Shown here piece after piece: positions 44,311-53,021 of a stretch of 64,000 nt of DNA (position 1 is its first letter; the number at the start of each line of letters is the position of its first letter). This stretch comes from Woeseiaceae bacterium (GTDB lineage Bacteria; Pseudomonadota; Gammaproteobacteria; Steroidobacterales; Woeseiaceae). The stretch is from positions 150 to 64,149 of the forward strand of contig JBFGFX010000001.1 of assembly GCA_041579335.1 (NCBI GenBank), read 5' to 3'. The notes under the pieces are model-generated. The model was not told the origin of the DNA, did no database searches, and saw nothing but the letters and a program-made list of their open reading frames with translations. The translations under genes were made by a program, and so were the position numbers.

Positions 44311-45345
44311 ATGAGTACGGCGGTCACCCCCGATCTGGTACCGAACGTACTGCGCGAATACGGCGACATCACCAAGACCGTTCTCAAAGGCTATATTCCT
44401 TCGCAGCACCCGCACCGGCATCTGTACGATCTGCTGGCGGACTACCCGCAACGCGGCGGCAAGATGATGCGGCCGAGCCTTTGCATAGCTACGGCGCGCG
44501 CGTTCGGGGCCAAGCTGGAGGACGCCCTCAATACCGCGGTCGCCATCGAGCTGCTGCACAATGCGCTTTTGATTCACGACGATATCGAGGACGACAGCGA
44601 AGAGCGACGCGGCAGCCCGACCCTGCACGTGCTCCACGGCGTGCCGCTGGCGATCAATGCCGGTGATACGCTGAGCCTACTGAGCCTGCGGCCGCTGATC
44701 GAGAACAAAGCCAAAGTCGGGCCCAGACTGGCACTGCGCATCCTCGAAGAAACCGAATGCATGGCGCGAAAGTCGGCGGAGGGGCAGGCCATGGAGCTGG
44801 GCTGGAGACGCGACAATGTGACCGAGCTCGACGAGTCCGACTATCTCGAAATGGTGCTCAAGAAGACGTGCTGGCTCGCGGCTATCTATCCGAGCCGCGT
44901 AGGGGCGATGATCGGCACGCGCGACAACGTCGAGTTGGACCCGTTCATTCGCTTCGGTTTCTTCCTGGGTGCTGCGTTTCAAATTCAGGACGATCTGCTG
45001 AACCTGGTCGCCGATGCACGTTACGGTAAAGAGCTGGACGGCGACATCTGGGAAGGCAAGCGTACGCTGATGCTGATTCGACTGTTCAGCTTGGCGGCAC
45101 CGAGGGAGCGTGAGCGTCTCACGGCGATCATGCGGCTCGCGCGCGAGGAGCGAACCGAAGAGGAGGTCAGCTGGATACGCGCGCTGATGGATCGCTACGG
45201 CTGCGTTGACTATGCGCGCCAGTTCGCCCATGGCCTGGCCGGTGCGGCGCTGCACGAGTTCTCGCTCATCTACCGCGACGTGCCTGATTCGCGAGACAAG
45301 CGCTTCATCGAAGGGCTCGTCACCTGGGTGTTCGAAAGAACCTAG
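44311..45345 (+). CDS. polyprenyl diphosphate synthase (trans-isoprenyl diphosphate synthase family)
   Basis: Track ORF of 344 aa. The first Asp-rich motif is LLIHDDIEDDSEERRG and the second is FQIQDDLLN. Confidence 0.9.
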   Translation: MSTAVTPDLVPNVLREYGDITKTVLKGYIPSQHPHRHLYDLLADYPQRGGKMMRPSLCIATARAFGAKLEDALNTAVAIELLHNALLIHDDIEDDSEERRGSPTLHVLHGVPLAINAGDTLSLLSLRPLIENKAKVGPRLALRILEETECMARKSAEGQAMELGWRRDNVTELDESDYLEMVLKKTCWLAAIYPSRVGAMIGTRDNVELDPFIRFGFFLGAAFQIQDDLLNLVADARYGKELDGDIWEGKRTLMLIRLFSLAAPRERERLTAIMRLAREERTEEEVSWIRALMDRYGCVDYARQFAHGLAGAALHEFSLIYRDVPDSRDKRFIEGLVTWVFERT

Positions 45346-45367
45346 TCGCCGAGGCGGGGAACGATCG

Positions 45368-47917
45368 ATGTCAAACGGGTATACGGACGACGGCAGCTCG
45401 AGGCGCGGCGACGCGTCGAACGACGGCGACACGGCGGAGTTCGTCGACTATCTCAACAAGGAGATGTACCAGGAGCAGCGCAAGCTGCGCTTGGCGTTCA
45501 CCGGGGTCACGGCGCGCGCTTTCCCCCTCAAAGCGAGCCTGAACCGGCTGCAAGACTTCTGCGACAGCTATCTGAATTTCGCGGACGACACCGGTAGGCG
45601 GCCTCCGTACTACTTCAAACCGGCGATCCCGTTCGTTTATTTGCAGATGATCAACTACGGCGAGATGGCGACGCTGACGGAGAACCTGGGGTTCATCTCG
45701 CAGCACGAAGTGCTGTTTGCGGTGCCGGTCGAGTGGTACGACGTCGACAGGAATACCGGCAAGCTGAAGTTCCGAGACTGGGCGCTGGTATGCCCGTACG
45801 TGTTCGTGGATAACGACATGTCGCTGCGCACGGGGCGGCAGGTGTACGGTTGGACCAAAGTACGCGCCTGGCTCAATCGCGTCGAGCCGTCCTGGACGGA
45901 CGACCCGCGGAACCGGCGCCAGCTGATGGAGTTGAAAACGAAGCTGTTCTTGACGGCCTACTCCGGCCAACGCATCGAGCCTCGGGTCCTGCTCGAGATC
46001 GTTCAGGATCCGCCGCCGAGCGTCTTCCGCAATCCGTACAGCAAGCGCGACCTGTTCAATCCGCTGTGGACCTGGCCGCAGGCCGTGCGCGAGTCGATGA
46101 TGGCGGTGGGCGATACGCTCGAATTTTTGACCGCATTACCGATTCTCGGCTATGACCAGGCACGCTTCGCCCCCGTGTTGCCGGAGATGATGCGGCGCGG
46201 CATCGACAACACGCGGCGGTTCCTGCCGTGGGTGTCCTGCAGAGACCCGTACCAAAAGGAAGTGCTGGAGCGGGCCAAGCACAATCCGTACATCAATCAG
46301 ATCACGCTCAAGCAGTTCCGCGATGCGGCTGAGCCGACGCTGGCGTGCTATCAGGCCTACGTGAACTCGAAGATCTTGATCGATCACTACCACGACGGCG
46401 GCCTGCTCGGCGGCCCGAACCTGTTTCTGGGTGACCTCACCGCCGGATTTCGCGTCCTGGTGCACGACTACGCCGAACAGAAGATCGTGCACACGCTCGG
46501 CATCGAGATTTCGGAGACGGAGAAGGACGCACACGGCAAAGACGTGTTGGTGCTGACGCCGAGGTTGCCGTTCTGGACTTCGCTGGACCTCCGCTACGAT
46601 GAGGGCGAGCTGCTGCACTGGCGCTCCAAGACCTCGGATTGGACGCAAGGCAAAGAGACGCAAGCGGTCGCGAGAGGAGAGCAGAGGAACTGCTTCAACG
46701 TGACCCGCGGCGCCGCAATCCAGGAGTTGTTCGGGCCCTTCAACTTTCCGGACATCACCGTGCGGGTGCTGCCGCTCGCGGCAAAGACCGATCAGCTACA
46801 ACGGTTCTGTGACAGATACTTGAACAATCTGATCCAGGACAAATCGGCGGAGGGCCGCGTCGCGGATCTGCCGCGCTCGCAGACCGATATCGATCGGATG
46901 TTCAAGAGCCAACGCTTCACGCCGTGGGGCGATCACGTCTTTCTGCTCGTGACGAGCTACGGCGGCAAGCACGGCGCCGGCTACTCGGAATCCAATGACA
47001 TCGGCCAGATCGAGCAGGAGAAGGTCTCGTTCTACGTGCCGGCGGAATGGACCTTCGAAGACGACCAGGGCGCGAAGAGGAAGCGTCCCTGCCTGCTTGC
47101 TCCTTGGGTCTTCAACAGCTCCAGCCGGCATGCGATCACGGAAAGGGAGGTCAACGGGGTCGAGGCACACCACGCGGTCATACACTGCGACGACGCAAGC
47201 TGGCTCAAGGAGTCGGGGCCGGTTGCCGAACGCCTGCTCATGTCTCTGAAGCGCCTGATGATGATCGGGGCGAACGCGGGCCAGGAGGCCGACATGCGCA
47301 CGCTCATCGAAATAAGGCAGGACGGCCAATATCCCGCGCACGGCCGGCGCCGCGATGCGCACCGGGACGAGGAATGCCCCGACATCAAGGACATGATCCG
47401 GTATCTCGGCAGTTCGGTCGACTTCGTCTCGCTCAAGCAGTTCCCGAAGTCCGGCAACTTCGACAACTCGTGTTATCAAGCGTTCGTGATGGTCAAGCGC
47501 AGAATCACCCATATCTTCGATCATCGTCGCGACCGGATGCGCGAGTCGTATGCGGAGGGCGACAGGTTCAAGTTCGCGGTCGCGGAGCCGATGGGCGACG
47601 ACCTGCGCGTCTCGATACAGCGGCATCTGTACTGGCCGATCGTCGAGAATCTCGGTCTCCGATACGAGACGCTCGACTGCAAGCCGGGCGAGCTGCCGGT
47701 CTACCAGATCAGACCCGAGCGTCCGTTCTTCCTGCGTCTGGGACTGAGAGAAGAGGTCGGGATGAACCTCTGGACCCGCACGCACGGCACCAAGTGGCAG
47801 CGGGAGCAGCAAGGCATCGAGGAGCTTCACCGAGACGTGACGTTCCCGACGGCGACGCCGATGCAGATGATCCACAGCATGCTCAACTGCCTGGAGGAGC
47901 TCGGCTCCGACGACTAG
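45368..47917 (+). CDS. 849-aa protein with two tandem acetoacetate-decarboxylase(ADC)-like domains
   Basis: Track ORF 45206..47917, start re-set to MSNGYTDDG (ATG 45368). The upstream part overlaps the polyprenyl synthase gene. Domain 1 has AFPLKASLNRLQDFCDSYLNF, TGRQVYGWTK and TLKQFRDAAEPTLACYQ. Domain 2 has VLPLAAKTDQLQRFCDRYLNN, TEREVNGVEA and SLKQFPKSGNFDNSCYQ. The fold was assigned by eye against the ADC pattern. Confidence 0.7.
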   Translation: MSNGYTDDGSSRRGDASNDGDTAEFVDYLNKEMYQEQRKLRLAFTGVTARAFPLKASLNRLQDFCDSYLNFADDTGRRPPYYFKPAIPFVYLQMINYGEMATLTENLGFISQHEVLFAVPVEWYDVDRNTGKLKFRDWALVCPYVFVDNDMSLRTGRQVYGWTKVRAWLNRVEPSWTDDPRNRRQLMELKTKLFLTAYSGQRIEPRVLLEIVQDPPPSVFRNPYSKRDLFNPLWTWPQAVRESMMAVGDTLEFLTALPILGYDQARFAPVLPEMMRRGIDNTRRFLPWVSCRDPYQKEVLERAKHNPYINQITLKQFRDAAEPTLACYQAYVNSKILIDHYHDGGLLGGPNLFLGDLTAGFRVLVHDYAEQKIVHTLGIEISETEKDAHGKDVLVLTPRLPFWTSLDLRYDEGELLHWRSKTSDWTQGKETQAVARGEQRNCFNVTRGAAIQELFGPFNFPDITVRVLPLAAKTDQLQRFCDRYLNNLIQDKSAEGRVADLPRSQTDIDRMFKSQRFTPWGDHVFLLVTSYGGKHGAGYSESNDIGQIEQEKVSFYVPAEWTFEDDQGAKRKRPCLLAPWVFNSSSRHAITEREVNGVEAHHAVIHCDDASWLKESGPVAERLLMSLKRLMMIGANAGQEADMRTLIEIRQDGQYPAHGRRRDAHRDEECPDIKDMIRYLGSSVDFVSLKQFPKSGNFDNSCYQAFVMVKRRITHIFDHRRDRMRESYAEGDRFKFAVAEPMGDDLRVSIQRHLYWPIVENLGLRYETLDCKPGELPVYQIRPERPFFLRLGLREEVGMNLWTRTHGTKWQREQQGIEELHRDVTFPTATPMQMIHSMLNCLEELGSDD

Positions 47918-47951
47918 GCCTGCCCGTCGTCTCTCACGCTTCGCCGAACCG

Positions 47952-50216
47952 ATGAGCCACCCAGCGAACAACTCGAACGGCATCGTCATCGTCGCGGGAG
48001 CCGGGATCTGCGGCTTGGCAACCGCGCTTGCCGTCGCCTCCCGGGGGCGCCGCGTCCACGTCCTGGAGGCGCGGCACGATCCGGACGACGCCCGCGGACG
48101 GGGACTTTTGGCAACCGCCGATCGGCTCGTCGAGCGCGCCAACCGGACGCTGGTCAGGGGCGAGGGCGGGTCGGCCGACGAGCTGTTCGAACGCGCCGCG
48201 GCGGCGAGGAACGCGGTGTGGGGCTCACGGCTCCGCAATCTGCTGTTCGACCACCATTCCGTGGGCTTTCTCTCGAAACTGGGCGTGGACATGCGCTCGT
48301 TGCCGCGGCTACGGCAACTGGACACGCACCTCGGACCCGGGCAGCCGAGCATCTTCATCCGCTACGGCGATCGCGAGTCTGGAACCGGCAACGGGCGACT
48401 GGATGCCGCCACCCTGATCGCGCAGCGCGATCCGGTGGTCGCCGCCTCGATCGGCGACGTGGAGCGAGTCCTGCGGCGCGCCGTCGACCGCAATCCGAAC
48501 GTCGTCCTCTCCTACGACGCGCCGGCGGTGTCCATTCGCCAGCACGATGCGGGCGTGTCGGTCGACTATGGCCGTCGGGGCATCGACACGCTGCGCGGCT
48601 CACTACTCGTGATTGCCGACGGCGGCGGCCGTCGCTCGTTGAGCCGCCGGCTCGGTATCGGTCGCATAGACGTCGGCTACGAAGCGATGAACATCGCGGC
48701 GTTTCAGTGCGATCCGGATGCGGAGCTGCTGGGCCACAGGCTCGACGAGGCGTGGCTCGACGCACGCACGACTGAGCAGGGCTGGGTGGTATTTCTGAAC
48801 AGCGGCGCCGGCCGCCTCACCGTGAATACGCGCAGGGTGGTCGGCGCCGATGCGCCTACCGCGCTGGAGCTGGCCATCGACAGCGGGGCGGCAGCACCGC
48901 TGGCGGACAAACCGGCGGACGTCCGCTACGCGTTGGATCGCGCGGAGCGGGTCGTCGACGGCGACGCGACGGTCCTAGTCGGTGACGCCGCCTGCCGGGC
49001 GTCGCCAATTTGGGCGTTCGGAGCGCAGTTCGGGCTGCTCTGGGCGCAGATGGTCGCAGACCTGATCGGCGACTCCGTCGGCCCCGGGGGTCCGCCCAGC
49101 CTCGAATCGTTGCGGCTGTTTGCCGACGAGGCGGAACGCGTATCGAAGATGCGTCTCGAGTTCGAGTCGTCGGTCATCAAGCTCGTCGACCTGGCCAACG
49201 CCAACGTGCGTAGCGTGTCGGACATCACGATGTCGCAGAATCTGGTTGCGGCGGTCGATCGAATCGAGCTGAACTTCGAGGCGGCCGGGCCCACGGGCGG
49301 TCGGATGGCGCTCAAGCTCGGCGTCGACCTCGACCGACTGATCAGCGCCAGCGACAAGCCGGATCTCGCCGCCTTCTGCGCCGCCGTAGGCCGTTTCAAC
49401 GTGGAGGGCCTGCTGAACCTGCATTACGACGGCGACGGCGGCGGCGCTGCGTCGTCGAGCGAGGCACAGCCGCTCGACTATCGGACGAATCTCGAGCGGG
49501 TCCGGCTGCAGGGCGGCAATCTGACGGTGCGGCGCGTCGACGCAGGCTATTGGACGTTCTGCATGCGCGGCGTAGACCTGCACCGCAACGTCGATAAATC
49601 CGGCAGCGCCTCGGTCGCGGCGATCGAACGGGCGGAGCTGAGGCTACCGGATGCGTTCGTCACCGAAGTCCTGCAGCGCATGGGGCCGCAGCTTTGGGCA
49701 CTAGGCGCTACCAAGCACCGCCCGATGCGTTTCGAGTTCGAGCTCGAGCCCGGCAAACTCGAGCTCGGCGACTTCGAGCTGCGCCTGTCCGGAGCGCCGC
49801 TCGTGTGCATGATACTGAGCCGCCGGCGGGGCAGCTCGCACTTCCGTTTCCAGCTCTTGCGAGGCAGCGCGGTGAGTCGGAACTTCTCCGCGGTCGTAAG
49901 GAACACGAGGCTCGGAGCCACCCGTGTGCTGCGGGCAGGGCAGTCCGTGTTCGGCCGGATTGCGGACCCGTTCATCGATTGGTGGGCCTCGGGCGCGTCC
50001 ATCATGATACGGCGCGTCGATTTTACGATGAACGCGAACGGCTCGGGCAAAGCGACGTACTACTTCCTGGGCGTGCCCTTCCCGGTGCGGATGAACAAGG
50101 ACGACGTCGAGCAGCTGATTGCCGGGCTGTTCCGCTCGGAGAGCTGTGAGCGCATCATGCGTCAGTATCAAACCAGCGTGCGCGCGGCGCGAATCTCGCC
50201 CACGACGCCACCATGA
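47952..50216 (+). CDS. FAD-dependent monooxygenase-like protein (about 400 aa) fused to a C-terminal region of about 350 aa of unknown function
   Basis: Track ORF of 754 aa. It has IVIVAGAGICGLATALAVASRGRRVHVLEAR (GxGxxG), LLVIADGGGRRS and VLVGDAACRASPIWAFGAQFG (GDAA-type). Confidence 0.75.
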   Translation: MSHPANNSNGIVIVAGAGICGLATALAVASRGRRVHVLEARHDPDDARGRGLLATADRLVERANRTLVRGEGGSADELFERAAAARNAVWGSRLRNLLFDHHSVGFLSKLGVDMRSLPRLRQLDTHLGPGQPSIFIRYGDRESGTGNGRLDAATLIAQRDPVVAASIGDVERVLRRAVDRNPNVVLSYDAPAVSIRQHDAGVSVDYGRRGIDTLRGSLLVIADGGGRRSLSRRLGIGRIDVGYEAMNIAAFQCDPDAELLGHRLDEAWLDARTTEQGWVVFLNSGAGRLTVNTRRVVGADAPTALELAIDSGAAAPLADKPADVRYALDRAERVVDGDATVLVGDAACRASPIWAFGAQFGLLWAQMVADLIGDSVGPGGPPSLESLRLFADEAERVSKMRLEFESSVIKLVDLANANVRSVSDITMSQNLVAAVDRIELNFEAAGPTGGRMALKLGVDLDRLISASDKPDLAAFCAAVGRFNVEGLLNLHYDGDGGGAASSSEAQPLDYRTNLERVRLQGGNLTVRRVDAGYWTFCMRGVDLHRNVDKSGSASVAAIERAELRLPDAFVTEVLQRMGPQLWALGATKHRPMRFEFELEPGKLELGDFELRLSGAPLVCMILSRRRGSSHFRFQLLRGSAVSRNFSAVVRNTRLGATRVLRAGQSVFGRIADPFIDWWASGASIMIRRVDFTMNANGSGKATYYFLGVPFPVRMNKDDVEQLIAGLFRSESCERIMRQYQTSVRAARISPTTPP

Positions 50217-51199
50217 ACGTCCTCGTGCTCGGCGCTACCGGCTTGATCGGCAATGCGGTCGTGCGCGAGCTGCTTGCCCGCGGCCATACCGTGACGGCGA
50301 CGGGGCGTCGACCTGGGCCGACCGTGAACCTGACCGGGCTGGACGTCCGCTACCGGGCGGGCGACGTCGACCGGCCCGGACAGTTGGACGAATGGTTCGC
50401 GGGCCAAGACGCGATTGTCGATGCGGCCGCGCCGTACGCGCTGCATCTCGCTCGTCGAGCGGACGGTGGGGCGCAGCAACGCAGCGATGCCGTCGCGCGG
50501 CGCACTGATGCCATGTTGAGCGCGGTGCACCGGCACGGTCCGAAGCTCGTTTACATCAGCACGCTGACGAGCGAGTCGCCGAGTCGGAGCGTGCTTCCGC
50601 AGAGCATCCAGAAGCGCCTGATGCGCGAGGTGCACCCGTATTTCAGGCTCAAACGACGGATCGAGAATCACATGCTGGATGCTGCCTCGCAGGGGCTGCC
50701 GGTGACCGTGGTCCGTCCGTCGGCCTGCGTCGGGCCGTGGGACGTCAAGCCGCGCGGTCAGTGCTGGGTGCCGGCGCTCTTGAACGGAGAGATCTCCATC
50801 ACGGTCCAGCACAGGGTCAACGTCATCGACACGCGTGACGTCGCGAGAGGGATCGCGGCGCTCGTCGAGCATGCGCATGCCGAGAAACCGATCTCCCTCA
50901 TCGGTCACAACACCTCGGTCAAGGCGCTGTTTGCCGATTTCTGCGAAATCGGTCGCGCCCAACGACCGCGTTGGCAGATTCCGGCGGCGTTGACGGTCCT
51001 GCCGTCGCTTTGGGCGGAGCTGGCCTGGGCCAGCATCGGCCGCGAGTCCCCGCTGCCCTCGATCGTGCCGATGCTGATTTGCGAGCAGCAATGGCGGAAG
51101 CCGAGCGTCGAGCAGCAGCAGCTTGGGGCTGCGCCGAGGCCGCTTCAGGAAACGGCACGAGACACGATCGCCTGGTACAGGCGCCTGGGATACTGCTGA
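50213..51199 (+). CDS. NAD-dependent epimerase/dehydratase family (extended SDR) protein
   Basis: Track ORF of 328 aa. It begins MNVLVLGATGLIGNAVVRELLARGHTV. An ATGA overlap links it to the upstream gene. Confidence 0.85.
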   Translation: MNVLVLGATGLIGNAVVRELLARGHTVTATGRRPGPTVNLTGLDVRYRAGDVDRPGQLDEWFAGQDAIVDAAAPYALHLARRADGGAQQRSDAVARRTDAMLSAVHRHGPKLVYISTLTSESPSRSVLPQSIQKRLMREVHPYFRLKRRIENHMLDAASQGLPVTVVRPSACVGPWDVKPRGQCWVPALLNGEISITVQHRVNVIDTRDVARGIAALVEHAHAEKPISLIGHNTSVKALFADFCEIGRAQRPRWQIPAALTVLPSLWAELAWASIGRESPLPSIVPMLICEQQWRKPSVEQQQLGAAPRPLQETARDTIAWYRRLGYC

Positions 51200-51219
51200 G
51201 GATGTGCGATCCGAGGGCG

Positions 51220-51456
51220 TTATTTGCCAGCGGCGGGATCGGCAGGTTCTTTAGATGTGGGGGGGCACGGCTTGCAGTCTTCGATCGCCTTGTTGACGGC
51301 ATTCGCCCAGCTGTCGAGCGCCTGGCTGTAGCACTTGACGGGAAGCTTCACGAGCTCGCACGTCGCCTTGATGCTCGCTTCCATCGCCTGGACGAGAGAA
51401 TCTACGGTTTTGCTGCCTTCCTGCGCCGGGTGGTCTGGGCGTTCTCTTGTCGTCAT
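51220..51456 (-). CDS. small hypothetical protein (78 aa, 4 Cys)
   Basis: Track ORF. The segment SIKATCELVKLPVKCYSQALDSWANAVNKAIEDCKP resembles the C-terminal tail of the neighbouring ADC-like protein. Confidence 0.5.
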   Translation of the reverse strand: MTTRERPDHPAQEGSKTVDSLVQAMEASIKATCELVKLPVKCYSQALDSWANAVNKAIEDCKPCPPTSKEPADPAAGK

Positions 51457-51729
51457 GTCGTTCTCCGCTGGGTCTGAGCGCTGCGTGCGTCGTGAGCGAC
51501 CGGCATGCGTTTCGATTATAGGTTATACGCCGACGCGGCGGAAAAAAACCAGGCAGTTGGCGTACAATTCCAGAAGAGGCGCCGACAACAACCAGCCGGT
51601 GCGCCGCGGCGGCAAAAAAAGGCCGAGTTTTCCACCGCTTGCAACGAGAAGTGAGAATCCCGTTGATGCTCGGACCAGGATCAGAACGAGCGGCCGGCGG
51701 CGCATGGGTTCTTCGAGGACCATAAGAGC

Positions 51730-52926
51730 ATGAACGGCCCGCCCGATTTCATTCCGCAGCATCCTCCCCTGTGCGATCCGCAGATGCCCCCGCCGTATCG
51801 TTTCGAAAACGTCGGCATGCGGATATTCCTGCTGCCGGCTGCGGCCGTGCTGCTGCAGAAGGTCTGCAAGCGTTTCTTCAACGACATTGCCGTCCGCGAC
51901 AACCTCGATTTTCGCATCACCCCGATCGCCGATATCTTCGGCAACAGTCACGTCTACCTCGAAGTCCTCACGTATCCCAAGATCTACTCACTGGCGCCGA
52001 ATCACGCGCAGCTGGGTTACATCGAGCAGAACGAATTTTTCGTGTCGATACCGGTGGTTTTCGAAGATGTTTACGGGCTGCCGCTCGGCGTCGGCATGTT
52101 CGTGCCGTTCATCTTCGTCGACAAGGACTGGTCCGTCATCGCCGGCCGGGACGTCATGGGTTTTCCGAAAGGCATCGCCGAGTTCAGGGTCGACGCCGTC
52201 CCGAGCAAGATCGACGGGACCGCGGCGAAAAGCCTGGTGCTGTCGAGCTACGGTGCCGACCAGCGGGCGACAACCGAGCTGATCCTGGAGATCAACGCGG
52301 CCGACCTGAAGCTCAGCAAGGCGGCCGCGAGCCAGTCACTACAGGTCGATCCGAACGCGACGCCTATTCATGAATACTGGCCGTTCGGGCCGGTAGACGA
52401 GCTGTTCGGCGAGGGGCAGCCGCGGCAGATGGCGGACGACGTCCTCGACCTGCTCAAGCAGAGCGCCGGCGTGCAGATGGTCAACTACACGCTCAAACAG
52501 TTTCGCGACGCCGCCGAGCCGAGCAAGGCCTGTTTCCAGTCCATCCTCGAATGCAGGATGACGGTCGACGGCTTGAGCGCCGGCGGCACGTATCCCCCGC
52601 TGGACATCACGCTGCCCCGGCACGACAGCCTGGAAATCGCCAAGCGGCTGGGCATTCCGGTGACCGGCGGCGGCGTCGCCGAGCCGATATTCGGCTTCTG
52701 GTACCAGGCAGACTTCACGCTGCACGAGGCCGAGCGCCTCCACACGGTCTGCGGTGGCAAGGAAGTGGCGACGGACGCGGGTCCGACGACCAGCGACTTC
52801 GGCGTCACGGGTGACGAGTGCGACGACTCCATTCGCCGGCTGTGCAAGCTCAACCTCAAGGTCTACAAGTCCTGCCTGGATGTCTGGCTGAACACCGTCG
52901 AAGCCTGCATCGGCAAGCCGAAATAA
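51730..52926 (+). CDS. acetoacetate-decarboxylase-like family protein (single domain, 398 aa)
   Basis: Track ORF. It has PPPYRFENVGMRIFLLPAAAVLLQKVCKRFFND. AGRDVMGFPKG aligns by eye with GRELSAYPK of clostridial Adc. TLKQFRDAAEPSKACFQ is shared with the 849-aa paralog. Confidence 0.7.
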   Translation: MNGPPDFIPQHPPLCDPQMPPPYRFENVGMRIFLLPAAAVLLQKVCKRFFNDIAVRDNLDFRITPIADIFGNSHVYLEVLTYPKIYSLAPNHAQLGYIEQNEFFVSIPVVFEDVYGLPLGVGMFVPFIFVDKDWSVIAGRDVMGFPKGIAEFRVDAVPSKIDGTAAKSLVLSSYGADQRATTELILEINAADLKLSKAAASQSLQVDPNATPIHEYWPFGPVDELFGEGQPRQMADDVLDLLKQSAGVQMVNYTLKQFRDAAEPSKACFQSILECRMTVDGLSAGGTYPPLDITLPRHDSLEIAKRLGIPVTGGGVAEPIFGFWYQADFTLHEAERLHTVCGGKEVATDAGPTTSDFGVTGDECDDSIRRLCKLNLKVYKSCLDVWLNTVEACIGKPK

Positions 52927-53021
52927 GCGTCGTCCCGACGCGCCGGGCGCAGCACCCGCATGCCGCACGTAAGCCACTCCTACGGTCTCGATGGCGACAC
53001 CCCGCAGTAGGGGAGTCCCGA

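Noticed and set aside
45206-45367. Upstream extension of the ADC-like didomain ORF into the polyprenyl synthase gene
   Set aside because: It would overlap the last 140 nt of a well-supported gene in another frame. ATG 45368, 22 nt after that gene's stop, gives a sensible start.
51540-51600. Possible sigma-54 promoter (TGGCGTACAATTCC) and A-runs in the 273-bp divergent region upstream of the single-domain ADC-like gene
   Set aside because: The GG-N10-GC spacing rule is not met (TTCC instead of TTGC). There is no enhancer-binding protein gene nearby and no supporting structure.
52927-52941. Short hairpin gcgtcg-tcc-cgacgc after the ADC-like gene as a terminator
   Set aside because: It has only a 6-bp stem, a 3-nt loop and no U-tract, which is too weak to call.
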